The position numbers and the translations under genes were made by a program. The notes under the pieces were generated by a model. It did not search any database. It was not told where the DNA came from and saw nothing but the letters and a program-made list of their open reading frames with translations. DNA of 64,000 bases, taken from the NCBI GenBank assembly GCA_029210725.1, contig JARGFM010000001.1:145530-209529 (forward strand), given 5' to 3'. This DNA is from Bacteroidales bacterium. Its GTDB lineage: Bacteria > Bacteroidota > Bacteroidia > Bacteroidales > GCA-2748055. Below, one piece after another: positions 18,494-27,101 of the stretch (positions are counted from its first letter, which is position 1; each line of letters begins with the position of its first letter).

Positions 18494-19567
18494 ATGAGAA
18501 ATATCCACCAAACGATCCTTGAACAGATAAGATCAGGCTCCGCTATCGCGCTGGCCACGGTTGTAGAGACAGCTGGATCAACTCCGCAGAAGCCTGGAAG
18601 CTCTGCACTTTTTGGAGAGCATGGCCTGCTTGCAGGAACGGTTGGGGGGGGATTGCTGGAAGCAGAAGTTGAGCACATAGCTGAAAGTCTCATGATCTCA
18701 GGAGCCTCGGATTTTTTCTACTTTAACCTGGACTCTGATGAAAAGGACGCAGGGGCCATTTGCGGAGGTGAAGCCAGGGTACTGGTGGATGCAGATCCAG
18801 GTGTTCATCTCGAAGCCCTGGAAGAGATGGAAAGTAGCCTTTCCGGACGGACAGAAGGATTTTTGCTCACGCTGGTCAGCCAGAAGTATGATCAGGGCAG
18901 GACTATAAGCAGGTATTGGATTCCGGGCCATGGAACAAAAGATTTTCCCGGAAGCATCGATCCGGCATTTACCAAGCTGGCTAAAGCGCATCTGAAGCAG
19001 GCCATACGTTATGGATTTGCCGGAATCGATTTGAAGACAATTCCTGATCACCAGGTGAAACTGGCTTATCTGGAACATATCAGGCCCATGCCTCAACTGA
19101 TCATTGCCGGGGGAGGACACATAGGCAAGGCCCTGGCGCATCTGGGTGCTCTCCTGGAGTTCGAGGTAAGCGTAGTGGATGACCGCCCCGAATTTGCCAG
19201 CAAAGATCGTATTCCTGATGCATATCGTTTGATAGTCAAAGAGATAGGGCAAGCGCTCAGGGAGATAAATCCCGGTAAGGACAGCTATATCGTCATTGTG
19301 ACCAGGGGACATTTCCATGACGCTGAAGCACTGAGAGCCTGCATCGGCTCGGGTGCGGCTTTTATTGGAATGATTGGCAGCAAACACAAGGTGGGCATCA
19401 TGAAAAAACAGTTCCTGGATGAAGGCTGGGGCACCAGGGAACAGTGGTCTTCCATTTTTACCCCGGTTGGCCTTCCCATTGGATCCAAAACAGTTCAGGA
19501 GATTGCCATAAGCATTGCTGCCCAGCTGGTGGAAGTGAGGAACAAAAACAAAAGTTCGGATGGGTAG
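18494..19567 (+). CDS. XdhC/CoxI family molybdoenzyme maturation protein
   Basis: N-terminal XdhC_CoxI-like region (ATVVETAGSTPQKPGS) and a C-terminal Rossmann region (LIIAGGGHIGKALAHLGALLEFEVSVVDDRPEF). Confidence 0.85.
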   Translation: MRNIHQTILEQIRSGSAIALATVVETAGSTPQKPGSSALFGEHGLLAGTVGGGLLEAEVEHIAESLMISGASDFFYFNLDSDEKDAGAICGGEARVLVDADPGVHLEALEEMESSLSGRTEGFLLTLVSQKYDQGRTISRYWIPGHGTKDFPGSIDPAFTKLAKAHLKQAIRYGFAGIDLKTIPDHQVKLAYLEHIRPMPQLIIAGGGHIGKALAHLGALLEFEVSVVDDRPEFASKDRIPDAYRLIVKEIGQALREINPGKDSYIVIVTRGHFHDAEALRACIGSGAAFIGMIGSKHKVGIMKKQFLDEGWGTREQWSSIFTPVGLPIGSKTVQEIAISIAAQLVEVRNKNKSSDG

Positions 19568-20144
19568 AAGCTGGGCCATCATACTTGCCGCCGGCTCATC
19601 CAGTCGCATGGGACGTCAGAAATTGCTAATGCCTTTCGGAAAGAGTACCATGATTGAAACCGTCATCGATCAGGTGCTGGAGTCCTCGGTTGATCAGGTG
19701 ATGGTGGTGCTTGGAGCCGACCATGAAAAGGTGCGGAATGTGATCAGTCAGAAGCCTGTGAAGGTCTGTCATAACCGCAAGTACGAAGAAGGTATGCTCT
19801 CTTCGGTGATCTGCGGAATCAGAGCCCTGCCCCAGGATGCAGTGTATGCCCTTATTTTCCTGGGAGATCAACCCGAAATCCCTCCTGCGGTAAGCAATCT
19901 GGTCATGGAGTCCTACGAAAAGGAACTGAACGGAATTATAATCCCTGTCTGTAATCACCGCCGGGGGCATCCGCTCCTGGTGGATATGAAATACCGGAAA
20001 GAGGTGGAGAACCTGGACCTGGAACAGGGGCTCCGTTCCCTTCGCCATCAGTTCCCGGAGGACGTTCTTGAAGTGGAGGTGGATGAACCCGGAATCCTTG
20101 TGGATATTGATACTCCAGAGGATTATAAGAATGCCACAAACTAA
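19560..20144 (+). CDS. MobA/MocA-like nucleotidyltransferase (molybdenum cofactor cytidylyl/guanylyl-transferase family)
   Basis: AIILAAGSSSRMGRQKLL motif. 8-nt overlap with the XdhC-like gene. Confidence 0.8.
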   Translation: MGRSWAIILAAGSSSRMGRQKLLMPFGKSTMIETVIDQVLESSVDQVMVVLGADHEKVRNVISQKPVKVCHNRKYEEGMLSSVICGIRALPQDAVYALIFLGDQPEIPPAVSNLVMESYEKELNGIIIPVCNHRRGHPLLVDMKYRKEVENLDLEQGLRSLRHQFPEDVLEVEVDEPGILVDIDTPEDYKNATN

Positions 20145-20147
20145 AAA

Positions 20148-21296
20148 CTACTTGATGGCCGCAATCAGTTCCCCCACATCTTCTTCATTGTTGAATACAC
20201 TGAGCGAGATCCTCAGGTTATCTCCCCTCAGGGAAACAAAGACATTCCTGGCTTTCAACTCATCCAAAAGCTCCTCGCCATTGGTGCCAGGCGGCAGCTG
20301 CAATCCCATCAGGTGATGGGCCCGGTGTTCTTCATCAGCCACAGGGGTTCCTCTGGCCATAAAAAAATCAATCAATGGGGCCCCCAGTACACGGCTGTAA
20401 TGCTGAATCTCATCGATACCCCAGTCCAGCAGTTGGCCCAGAGCCTCATCCAGCATGGGCAGAAAAATAAAATTGCTGCTCTGACCCACATCAAAGCGGA
20501 CAGCTCCAGGTTTATAATCCTTCACATAGTTGGTCAGCCTGTCGAAACGTTCGGCATTGGGCCTGGTCATCCACGACTCCTCCAGCGGGATCCCCTTATT
20601 GAAATCCTCATGAATAAAGGAGAGTGCTGTGGAATAGGGCCCCATTAACCACTTATAGGCAGCGCAGATCAATGCATCAATATTTGCTTTCCTGACATCA
20701 ATGGGCAGAGCTCCAACCGATTGAGATCCATCTACAATCAGTTTTGCTCCCACTTCCCTGCATCTGGCTCCGATGTCTTCCAGATTAAATTTTGTCCCGT
20801 TCATCCAGTGAACCGATGCCATCACCACAAAAGCAGTATCCCTGGAAATGGCTTCCAGGATACGATCGTTCCAATCCCTTCCCCTGTCTGGAAGATCATC
20901 CCTCCTGGCAACCACCCGGAGCTCAGCTCCATGATCCTTACACCAGCGTTGGGCGGTATAGTAGCAGCTGGGGAACTCCTCGGAAAGAGTCAGGGCATGC
21001 TGTCCCTTTGCATAGGGTATATTCCTGATTACACTGTTCATCCCATAGGACACAGACGGCATAAGTGCAACCTGAACAGGATCGCAATGCACCATCCGGG
21101 CAAATTTCTGCCGCACACCGACCGCACCGGTAAAGAAATCAACCGGCTTAATGGAGAGTGGGTTCCTTTTTAGTCTCATTCCCTGAATTCCTCTCTCTTC
21201 CACCGAAGTCAAAAGAGGTGACATGTAGGCACAATTCAGGTAATGAATATCCGGTGGTAACTGGAACAAATGTTTCTGACAATTCATATCACTCAT
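20148..21296 (-). CDS. aminotransferase class V-fold PLP-dependent enzyme (cysteine desulfurase / selenocysteine lyase-like)
   Basis: 382 aa. PLP-lysine context CAAYKWLMGPYS and fold-type I layout. Confidence 0.75.
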   Translation of the reverse strand: MSDMNCQKHLFQLPPDIHYLNCAYMSPLLTSVEERGIQGMRLKRNPLSIKPVDFFTGAVGVRQKFARMVHCDPVQVALMPSVSYGMNSVIRNIPYAKGQHALTLSEEFPSCYYTAQRWCKDHGAELRVVARRDDLPDRGRDWNDRILEAISRDTAFVVMASVHWMNGTKFNLEDIGARCREVGAKLIVDGSQSVGALPIDVRKANIDALICAAYKWLMGPYSTALSFIHEDFNKGIPLEESWMTRPNAERFDRLTNYVKDYKPGAVRFDVGQSSNFIFLPMLDEALGQLLDWGIDEIQHYSRVLGAPLIDFFMARGTPVADEEHRAHHLMGLQLPPGTNGEELLDELKARNVFVSLRGDNLRISLSVFNNEEDVGELIAAIK

Positions 21297-22057
21297 TTTC
21301 CTAAATCCTTTATAAGGATATCCTTAAACTTTATTTTTAATTCGTCATTCATATGTAACTGAAAGGCTATACATCCAGTAATTCCGGATTTCTTTCTTAC
21401 ATGCGCCTCGTCATTCAGGATGCCCTCTCCATTGAACTCTGTGACCCGGTTCCCGTTCACCCAGGTTTCCACCCTCATTCCCAGGCAAATGATCTCCATG
21501 CTGTTCCAGGCATCCTGATCATCTTCAAAATAAAAAAGCCAGGTTTCCTTAGCAGTTTTGGGCGCCTGCTCCGGCGTGATCCTCCAATCAGGCAGAGAGG
21601 GATGGATCCATCTTCTTACCCCATCCGTTTCATCATATATCAAGCCTGTCCGATAGGGATCGGGTCCATGAATATCCACCTGCGGGCCATTCAGCCAGCC
21701 TCCATAAGGGGCTTCCTCCGAGCCATCGTAGGAGCTGCGGAACTGAACACCGCTGTTCCCGTCTGATTCTTTGAAAACCTGGAACTTAAGCTTCAGATGA
21801 AAATCGGAGAATTCTCTTTCAGTGGCCAGCCAGACATAATTGTGGTCCCTGTCCCCCATGGAGTTACATGTAATACAACCATCCTTCACGGTCCAGTACT
21901 CTTTGCCACTGTCGGCCTCCAGGCACTTTACAGACCAGCCCTCCAGATTTTTCCCGTTGAAAAGCGGTTCCCACTCCTTGTAGTTACAACTGATCAGTGC
22001 GGAACCAATAATTAACAGGCCGCTAATACGAAATAAGCTCGAAAAGTCCATAGTCAT
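21293..22057 (-). CDS. DUF1080 (3-keto-disaccharide hydrolase-like) domain protein, secreted
   Basis: Signal peptide/lipobox (ALISC). LFNGKNLEGWSVK...WTVKDGCI...IAFQLH pattern of DUF1080. Confidence 0.8.
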   Translation of the reverse strand: MTMDFSSLFRISGLLIIGSALISCNYKEWEPLFNGKNLEGWSVKCLEADSGKEYWTVKDGCITCNSMGDRDHNYVWLATEREFSDFHLKLKFQVFKESDGNSGVQFRSSYDGSEEAPYGGWLNGPQVDIHGPDPYRTGLIYDETDGVRRWIHPSLPDWRITPEQAPKTAKETWLFYFEDDQDAWNSMEIICLGMRVETWVNGNRVTEFNGEGILNDEAHVRKKSGITGCIAFQLHMNDELKIKFKDILIKDLGK

Positions 22058-22151
22058 TAATATCCGGGAGTTTAAGAAAGATGGAATTTACACTTTTTCA
22101 GGCTTCTGCCAGTAAATCAGAATGATATTTGGCGATATATCATAATTAAGC

Positions 22152-22159
22152 TAAATTTG
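22152..22159 (+). promoter_or_regulatory. Bacteroidota -7 box (TAAATTTG) for tRNA-Arg
   Basis: Exact TAnnTTTG, 14 nt upstream of the mature tRNA 5' end. Confidence 0.6.
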
Positions 22160-22172
22160 TCCCCGCAAAATC

Positions 22173-22244
22173 GGCTCCATAGTTCAAGGGATAGAATAGC
22201 GGTTTCCTAAACCGTAGATACAGGTTCGAGTCCTGTTGGAGCTA
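22173..22244 (+). tRNA. tRNA-Arg (anticodon CCT)
   Basis: Hand-folded cloverleaf. Acceptor GGCTCCA/TGGAGCT (G1-U72 wobble). Anticodon stem GCGGT/ACCGT with loop TTCCTAA (anticodon CCT). T-arm ACAGG-TTCGAGT-CCTGT. Discriminator A. No encoded CCA. Confidence 0.9.
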
Positions 22245-22251
22245 CAAGCAC

Positions 22252-22287
22252 AAACCCTGTTGCACTGGCAGCAGGGTTTTTTATTTT
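22252..22287 (+). terminator. rho-independent terminator after tRNA-Arg
   Basis: 8-bp stem AAACCCTG/CAGGGTTT (22252-22259 / 22272-22279) followed by a T-run (TTTTTTATTTTT). Confidence 0.75.
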
Positions 22288-22313
22288 TATAAAATGACCA
22301 TTTAGTAGTTTTT

Positions 22314-22321
22314 TATATTTG
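22314..22321 (+). promoter_or_regulatory. Bacteroidota -7 box (TATATTTG) for the Rrf2 operon
   Basis: Exact TAnnTTTG, 35 nt upstream of the ATG at 22356. Confidence 0.55.
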
Positions 22322-22355
22322 CACTATCTTTGACACTAATAATCATCCGGAAATA

Positions 22356-22811
22356 ATGCTTTCTAAAAGTACTGAATATGCCATCAGGTCACTCGTTTTC
22401 ATACAAGTGCAGAATTGGATGGAAAAACGACCAGGAGTCGCCGAAATTGCCAAAGAGATTGAGGCTCCAACCGCTTTTACTGCAAAAATCCTGCATACCC
22501 TGACAACACATGGGCTTTTAAACTCGATGAAGGGACGGGGAGGTGGCTTCTTCTTTACCGACAATCAGTCAGAGCTGACCATCTATGAAATAATCCTTGT
22601 CATGGAAGGCAATGGTCTGTTCAGCAAGTGCGGAATCGGCCTGAAAAACTGTTCCGATGACAATCCCTGTCCTGCGCACGATCAATACAAATACATACGC
22701 GACCAGTTGCTTAGTCTGGCCCAATCGGAAACCATCAGTTCCATGGCAAAAAAAATTCTGGAGGGCCATGCCGTCCTGAACAGAATAATCGATAAACAGA
22801 TTCAACCATAA
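22356..22811 (+). CDS. Rrf2 family transcriptional regulator (NsrR/IscR-like, Fe-S type)
   Basis: MLSKSTEYAIRSLVFI winged-helix N-terminus. Three-Cys cluster CGIGLKNCSDDNPC for Fe-S ligation. Confidence 0.9.
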   Translation: MLSKSTEYAIRSLVFIQVQNWMEKRPGVAEIAKEIEAPTAFTAKILHTLTTHGLLNSMKGRGGGFFFTDNQSELTIYEIILVMEGNGLFSKCGIGLKNCSDDNPCPAHDQYKYIRDQLLSLAQSETISSMAKKILEGHAVLNRIIDKQIQP

Positions 22812-22832
22812 CAACTATAAACAAACAGATAC

Positions 22833-23171
22833 ATGATAGCAAGAAATGTACATACCGAAGCGGTAAAAGAGAATCCACACGGTGTGGATGTCAGAAAAAT
22901 GTATGATGACCCCTCTGCCCAGATTATGCATATGACTTTAAAACCGGGTGAAAGTCTAAAACCGCATAAAACACCAGTCAATGTGGCCATGTATGTTCTT
23001 GAGGGAGAACCTACGATTCACATTGGGGATGAACATATTCCCCAGATCAAAGACACTCTTATTGAAAGTCCGGCGGATATTCCTCATTTCATAAGCAATG
23101 AAAGTCAGGAGACTGTCAGGATTCTGATAATGAAGGCTCCCAGGCCTGAAAACAACAGAAAAATACTTTAA
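22833..23171 (+). CDS. cupin domain-containing protein
   Basis: 112 aa. 'PHKTPVNVAMYVLEGE' and 'IPHFISNES' cupin motifs. Confidence 0.7.
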   Translation: MIARNVHTEAVKENPHGVDVRKMYDDPSAQIMHMTLKPGESLKPHKTPVNVAMYVLEGEPTIHIGDEHIPQIKDTLIESPADIPHFISNESQETVRILIMKAPRPENNRKIL

Positions 23172-23185
23172 ACCCCAGGAAAGCG

Positions 23186-24433
23186 ATGAGTGAACTTATT
23201 AATAACTCGAGATTCCGAAAGGAGAAACTGAAAGAATTAATCCTCAAGCTTCATGAAGGGAAATCACCCGAGCTGGTCAGAAAAGAACTGATTGATACCC
23301 TGCAATCGGTACCCTACGGGGAGGTTGTTGAAGTGGAACAGGAACTGATCCGCGAAGGATTGCCGGAAACGGAAGTATTAAAACTTTGTGATATCCACGG
23401 GGAGGTACTGGAAGGGCACGTGGATCATTCAGGATCCAGAGCAATTCCTGAAGGCCATCCGGTGGATGTTTTTAAGCAGGAGAACAAGGAGCTTAAGAAG
23501 GTAACAGGGAAAACAAGGGATCTTCTGGATTCGGTGAGAAAGGTCCCGGAAAATAATCATTCCAATTTCAGAAATGTACTCTTATCATGCTTCAACGACC
23601 TGATGGATGTGGACAAACACTATCAGCGCAAGGAATATCTTGTATTTCCTTATCTTGAAAAGAAGGATATCACGGGGCCTCCGAAAGTGATGTGGGGGAA
23701 ACACGATGAGATCAGAGATCAGTTAAAAGGCTGCATTGCACTTTTAAAGGAGAGCGATTTAAAAAAGGAGGATCTCCTTGAATCCCTGGACCTGATTTTC
23801 TATCCGGTCGTGAAGGCCCTGGAAGACATGGTTCAAAAGGAGGAGGAAATTCTGTTCCCGATGGCCATGGATGTGCTCATGGAGGAAGATTGGTGGAACA
23901 TTCATCAGCAGACCCTGGAATTCGGATTTACTCTGTATGATCCCCAGACCGAATGGCAACCGGAAGCTTATGAAAGAATACCGGATGAAACAGAAAAAAG
24001 AGACGGCAACGGGATCATTCAGTTGCCTTCCGGAAGTTTTACAGCTGAAGAAATCATGGCCATTTTAAATACCATTCCGGTAGATATGACCTTTGTGGAC
24101 AAAGAAGATAAAGTAAAATATTTTTCTCAGGGATCGCACCGGATATTTGCACGGAGCAGATCCATCATCAACCGGGACGTCAGCTTATGCCATCCTCCTG
24201 GCAGTGTGGATATTGTAGAGAAGATCCTGGAAGATTTTAAAACAGGGAAAGCCTCTCATGCTCCATTCTGGATCCAGATGAACGGAAAATTCATCCTGAT
24301 TGAGTACTATGCATTAAGAAATGAACATGGGGAGTACCTCGGAACGCTGGAAGTGTCCCAGGATCTCACCAAGGCCAGGGCTCTGGAGGGAGAACAGCGC
24401 ATATTATCCTATGGACAAACCAAGAAAGAATAA
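23186..24433 (+). CDS. DUF438 / hemerythrin-like / PAS domain protein
   Basis: 415 aa. N-terminal DUF438-like helix (RKEKLKELILKLHEG), a central HHE-type helical bundle, and a C-terminal PAS-like region (PVDMTFVDKEDKVKYFSQG...). Architecture recalled from family annotation. Confidence 0.75.
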   Translation: MSELINNSRFRKEKLKELILKLHEGKSPELVRKELIDTLQSVPYGEVVEVEQELIREGLPETEVLKLCDIHGEVLEGHVDHSGSRAIPEGHPVDVFKQENKELKKVTGKTRDLLDSVRKVPENNHSNFRNVLLSCFNDLMDVDKHYQRKEYLVFPYLEKKDITGPPKVMWGKHDEIRDQLKGCIALLKESDLKKEDLLESLDLIFYPVVKALEDMVQKEEEILFPMAMDVLMEEDWWNIHQQTLEFGFTLYDPQTEWQPEAYERIPDETEKRDGNGIIQLPSGSFTAEEIMAILNTIPVDMTFVDKEDKVKYFSQGSHRIFARSRSIINRDVSLCHPPGSVDIVEKILEDFKTGKASHAPFWIQMNGKFILIEYYALRNEHGEYLGTLEVSQDLTKARALEGEQRILSYGQTKKE

Positions 24434-24434
24434 G

Positions 24435-24953
24435 ATGGATCAACTAATCATAACACCAAAGACCAAAATTTATGATTTACTGGAGGCCTATCCTGACCTG
24501 GAGGAAACTCTTATTCAGGCAGCACCCCAGTTCAGAAAAATGAAGAATCCACTGTTGAGAAGAACCATTGCGCGCGTTACTTCCCTCAGCCAGGCAGCCA
24601 TCATCGGAGGAGTAAAAGTGGAAGAATTAATTAACACCCTGCGTTTGGCGGCCGGCCAACAATTACAGGACCACTATGGAGGAGAGGAAACTAACTATAA
24701 TTTTGAAACACCGAAATGGTTTTCCGCAAATGCAGTGCGTGCGGCCATCGATATCAGCGAAATGCTTAATGCCGGTGAACAGCCGGTCCACGAGGTCCTA
24801 TCTGCGTTGAAAAAGATGAAAGACGGGGAGATCCTGGAAATCCAGGCGCCTTTCATTCCCGCACCACTCATCGATAAAGCCATTGGACTGGGATACGATT
24901 ATTGGATCATGGAGGCAGCCTCAGATCAATTTACCGTATATTTTCTAAAATAA
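24435..24953 (+). CDS. DUF1858 + DUF2249 domain protein
   Basis: I start at MDQLIITPKTKIYDLLEAYPDLEETL (ATG 24435, 1 nt after the upstream stop). The track ORF from 24321 overlaps the upstream gene. The C-terminal 'GEILEIQAPFIPAPLID' is DUF2249-like. Confidence 0.7.
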   Translation: MDQLIITPKTKIYDLLEAYPDLEETLIQAAPQFRKMKNPLLRRTIARVTSLSQAAIIGGVKVEELINTLRLAAGQQLQDHYGGEETNYNFETPKWFSANAVRAAIDISEMLNAGEQPVHEVLSALKKMKDGEILEIQAPFIPAPLIDKAIGLGYDYWIMEAASDQFTVYFLK

Positions 24954-25064
24954 CCTGAACATGCCGGAGTTTAGCGGGAGCAGGGACCTTCGCTTGTCAA
25001 AGCTTCTGGAATTGTCAGAGCTTGTTCTGAAAACTGGCCATGCAAAGGACTGTATTCAGATGAA

Positions 25065-25104
25065 TATAAAAGGCGTTTCATATATTTATAAAAGGCCTTT
25101 CATA
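25065..25104. repeat. 40-bp hairpin-forming repeat, copy L (two 18-bp palindromic half-elements with TATT spacer)
   Basis: TATAAAAGGCGTTTCATA-TATT-TATAAAAGGCCTTTCATA. It covers the stop codon of the GT2-GT4 gene and is 34/40 identical to copy R. Confidence 0.8.
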
Positions 25105-26972
25105 TCGTCATGGACCTCCTCTCCCATCAGATACTCCTCCACCGTATCTAAAATCCGGTCATAACTAAACCTCTCATATACAGACTTTTTTGCATTGGAA
25201 GCGAAACTATTCCTTAGGCTTTGGTCCTCGATCAACTGAACGACCCTATCTGCCAGATTCCTGATATCAAAAGGTGGAATCAGGTAGCCGTTCTTTCCGT
25301 CTTCAATAATCTCTGGATTGCTGCTTACATCGAATGCCACCACCGGCCTGCTGTTAGCCATAGCCTCCACGATCACATATCCGAAGCCCTCCCAGCGGGA
25401 AGTAAGTACAAATATATCGATGGCATCCAGAAAGCTCTTCATGTCCTTCATAAAGCCAAGGAACACGATGCTGTCTTCAACTCCTGACAATTTCGCATAC
25501 TCCCTGAGCTGAGTTTCCAGCCGGCCCTCTCCGGCAATTAATATTTTAAACTTCTTCTGGCGCTTTTTCAGCTCAACGGCCAGATCTATCAGGTATTCCT
25601 GTGCTTTCTGCTTCACCAGCCGCCCGGCATTCCCCAGAATCACTTCTCCATCCACGCGACGATAACAGGGATTTTGCTGCCCGGTCTCAAACTGATCGAA
25701 CCTGAGTCCATTATATATGACCCTGATCCTGACCGGATCAATCATTCCGGGATTATTTTTAAGAAGAGTTCTTTTGGTTTCATGGGAATTCGCAAGAATC
25801 TCATCCAGAACCCTTCGAAACAAAAATCTGTTGAACATACTATTTCTGATGGGTATGGCACTTCCCCTCCGGTAGATGATCCTTTTAACTCCGGCAATTT
25901 TTGCTGCCAGTCCGGCAACTTTCATATCCGCCGATAGATTCATAATAATCAGCCTGACTTTTTCCCGCTTTAAAATTCCGGCGATCTTCAGAACTTTAAC
26001 TGGATTCAGAAAACTCAAATTAGCGACACGAATCCCGTAAGCAGGAATTCCGGCTTCTGCCACCCTTCTTCTCAATTCTCCCCTGGAATTAGTAAAAACA
26101 AGAATGGGTTGGCCCCTTTTATAAAGCCCGCTGGAAAAATCGAAATGCCACTTCTCTCCGCCACCCCAGGCCGGAGTACTGTTAAAAAAGCATATAGTTT
26201 GTGTTTGCCTTTCTTTCTGCTCCTGATGAAGAATCCGGAGTTTGACATATTTCAGGAAGACAGCATGGGCCGAATTCACACTTATCTGCAATCCGTAATA
26301 TCCATCAAGAATTCCAAGTCTTAACAGGTAATCCTTGAGAAAACGCGACATAGGGCGGACCAGAATATCCCAGAACCTGGACCGCTTTCCCTGCTGAAAA
26401 TATGAATTTGCCGCTATGGTCGAAAAAGCATTGATCTGGCTGATATGTTCACTTAGATTGTAATAGGAGTAATGCAAAATTTCGCCCTTCAAATGCTTTT
26501 TAGTGGCCCCTTTATCCAGAATAAACTTGTCGTGCGGATTGACGCCCCCCCATGATCCCTTTCTCGAATCCCATAAGCGGAGTTTAGGGCTCGGATACCA
26601 GCTGGTATGACGAATCCATTTCCCGCAATAATTGGTCAGACGATTGAAATAGTATCCATCATACACCCAGTCCTTTTTAACGGCGGCAATCGACCTGGCA
26701 AGAGCTTCCGACAAACATTCATCTGCATCGAGGGATAAAATGTAGGGGGAAGAGGCCTGCTGAATGGCCCAGTTCTTCTGTTCGATGTGACCATGAAAAA
26801 TATGCTGGATAAAAACCGCGCCAAAGGACTTACAAATCTCCCCGGTCCGGTCGCTTGAATAACTGTCAACCACAACAATCTCATCTGCCAGATCCTTTAG
26901 GGACTCCAGGCAGCGCCCGATGTTTTTCTCCTCGTTGTGGGAAATAATGACCGCTGATAATTGAACTTCCAT
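25086..26972 (-). CDS. fused glycosyltransferase: N-terminal GT2 domain + C-terminal GT4 (group 1) domain
   Basis: N-terminus: LSAVIISHNEEKNIGRCLESL...VVVDSYSSDRT...LSLDADE (GT2 DxD). C-terminus: EGFGYVIVEAMANSRPVVAFDVSSNPEII (GT4 E-x7-E region). Confidence 0.85.
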   Translation of the reverse strand: MEVQLSAVIISHNEEKNIGRCLESLKDLADEIVVVDSYSSDRTGEICKSFGAVFIQHIFHGHIEQKNWAIQQASSPYILSLDADECLSEALARSIAAVKKDWVYDGYYFNRLTNYCGKWIRHTSWYPSPKLRLWDSRKGSWGGVNPHDKFILDKGATKKHLKGEILHYSYYNLSEHISQINAFSTIAANSYFQQGKRSRFWDILVRPMSRFLKDYLLRLGILDGYYGLQISVNSAHAVFLKYVKLRILHQEQKERQTQTICFFNSTPAWGGGEKWHFDFSSGLYKRGQPILVFTNSRGELRRRVAEAGIPAYGIRVANLSFLNPVKVLKIAGILKREKVRLIIMNLSADMKVAGLAAKIAGVKRIIYRRGSAIPIRNSMFNRFLFRRVLDEILANSHETKRTLLKNNPGMIDPVRIRVIYNGLRFDQFETGQQNPCYRRVDGEVILGNAGRLVKQKAQEYLIDLAVELKKRQKKFKILIAGEGRLETQLREYAKLSGVEDSIVFLGFMKDMKSFLDAIDIFVLTSRWEGFGYVIVEAMANSRPVVAFDVSSNPEIIEDGKNGYLIPPFDIRNLADRVVQLIEDQSLRNSFASNAKKSVYERFSYDRILDTVEEYLMGEEVHDDMKGLL

Positions 26973-27050
26973 AGTCTGTTATGTAAATATATCCATTTAA
27001 TGGAAGGCATCCACCATCCCCGGAAGTATTCTTCAACCATTTCTTTCATA

Positions 27051-27090
27051 TATAGAAGGCCTTTTATATATTTGTGAAAGGACTTTCATA
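27051..27090. repeat. 40-bp hairpin-forming repeat, copy R; overlaps the promoter of the MarR-GNAT gene
   Basis: TATAGAAGGCCTTTTATA-TATT-TGTGAAAGGACTTTCATA. An extra half-site CTTTCATA sits at 27043-27050. Confidence 0.8.
27067..27074 (+). promoter_or_regulatory. Bacteroidota -7 box (TATATTTG) for the MarR-GNAT/ATP-grasp operon, embedded between the two palindromes of repeat R
   Basis: Exact TAnnTTTG, 28 nt upstream of the ATG at 27102. Confidence 0.55.
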
Positions 27091-27101
27091 ACTTCCCCAG
27101 C

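Noticed and set aside
18698-19609. 303-aa minus-strand ORF
   Set aside because: It is antisense to the XdhC-like gene, whose Rossmann and XdhC motifs are clear. Shadow ORF.
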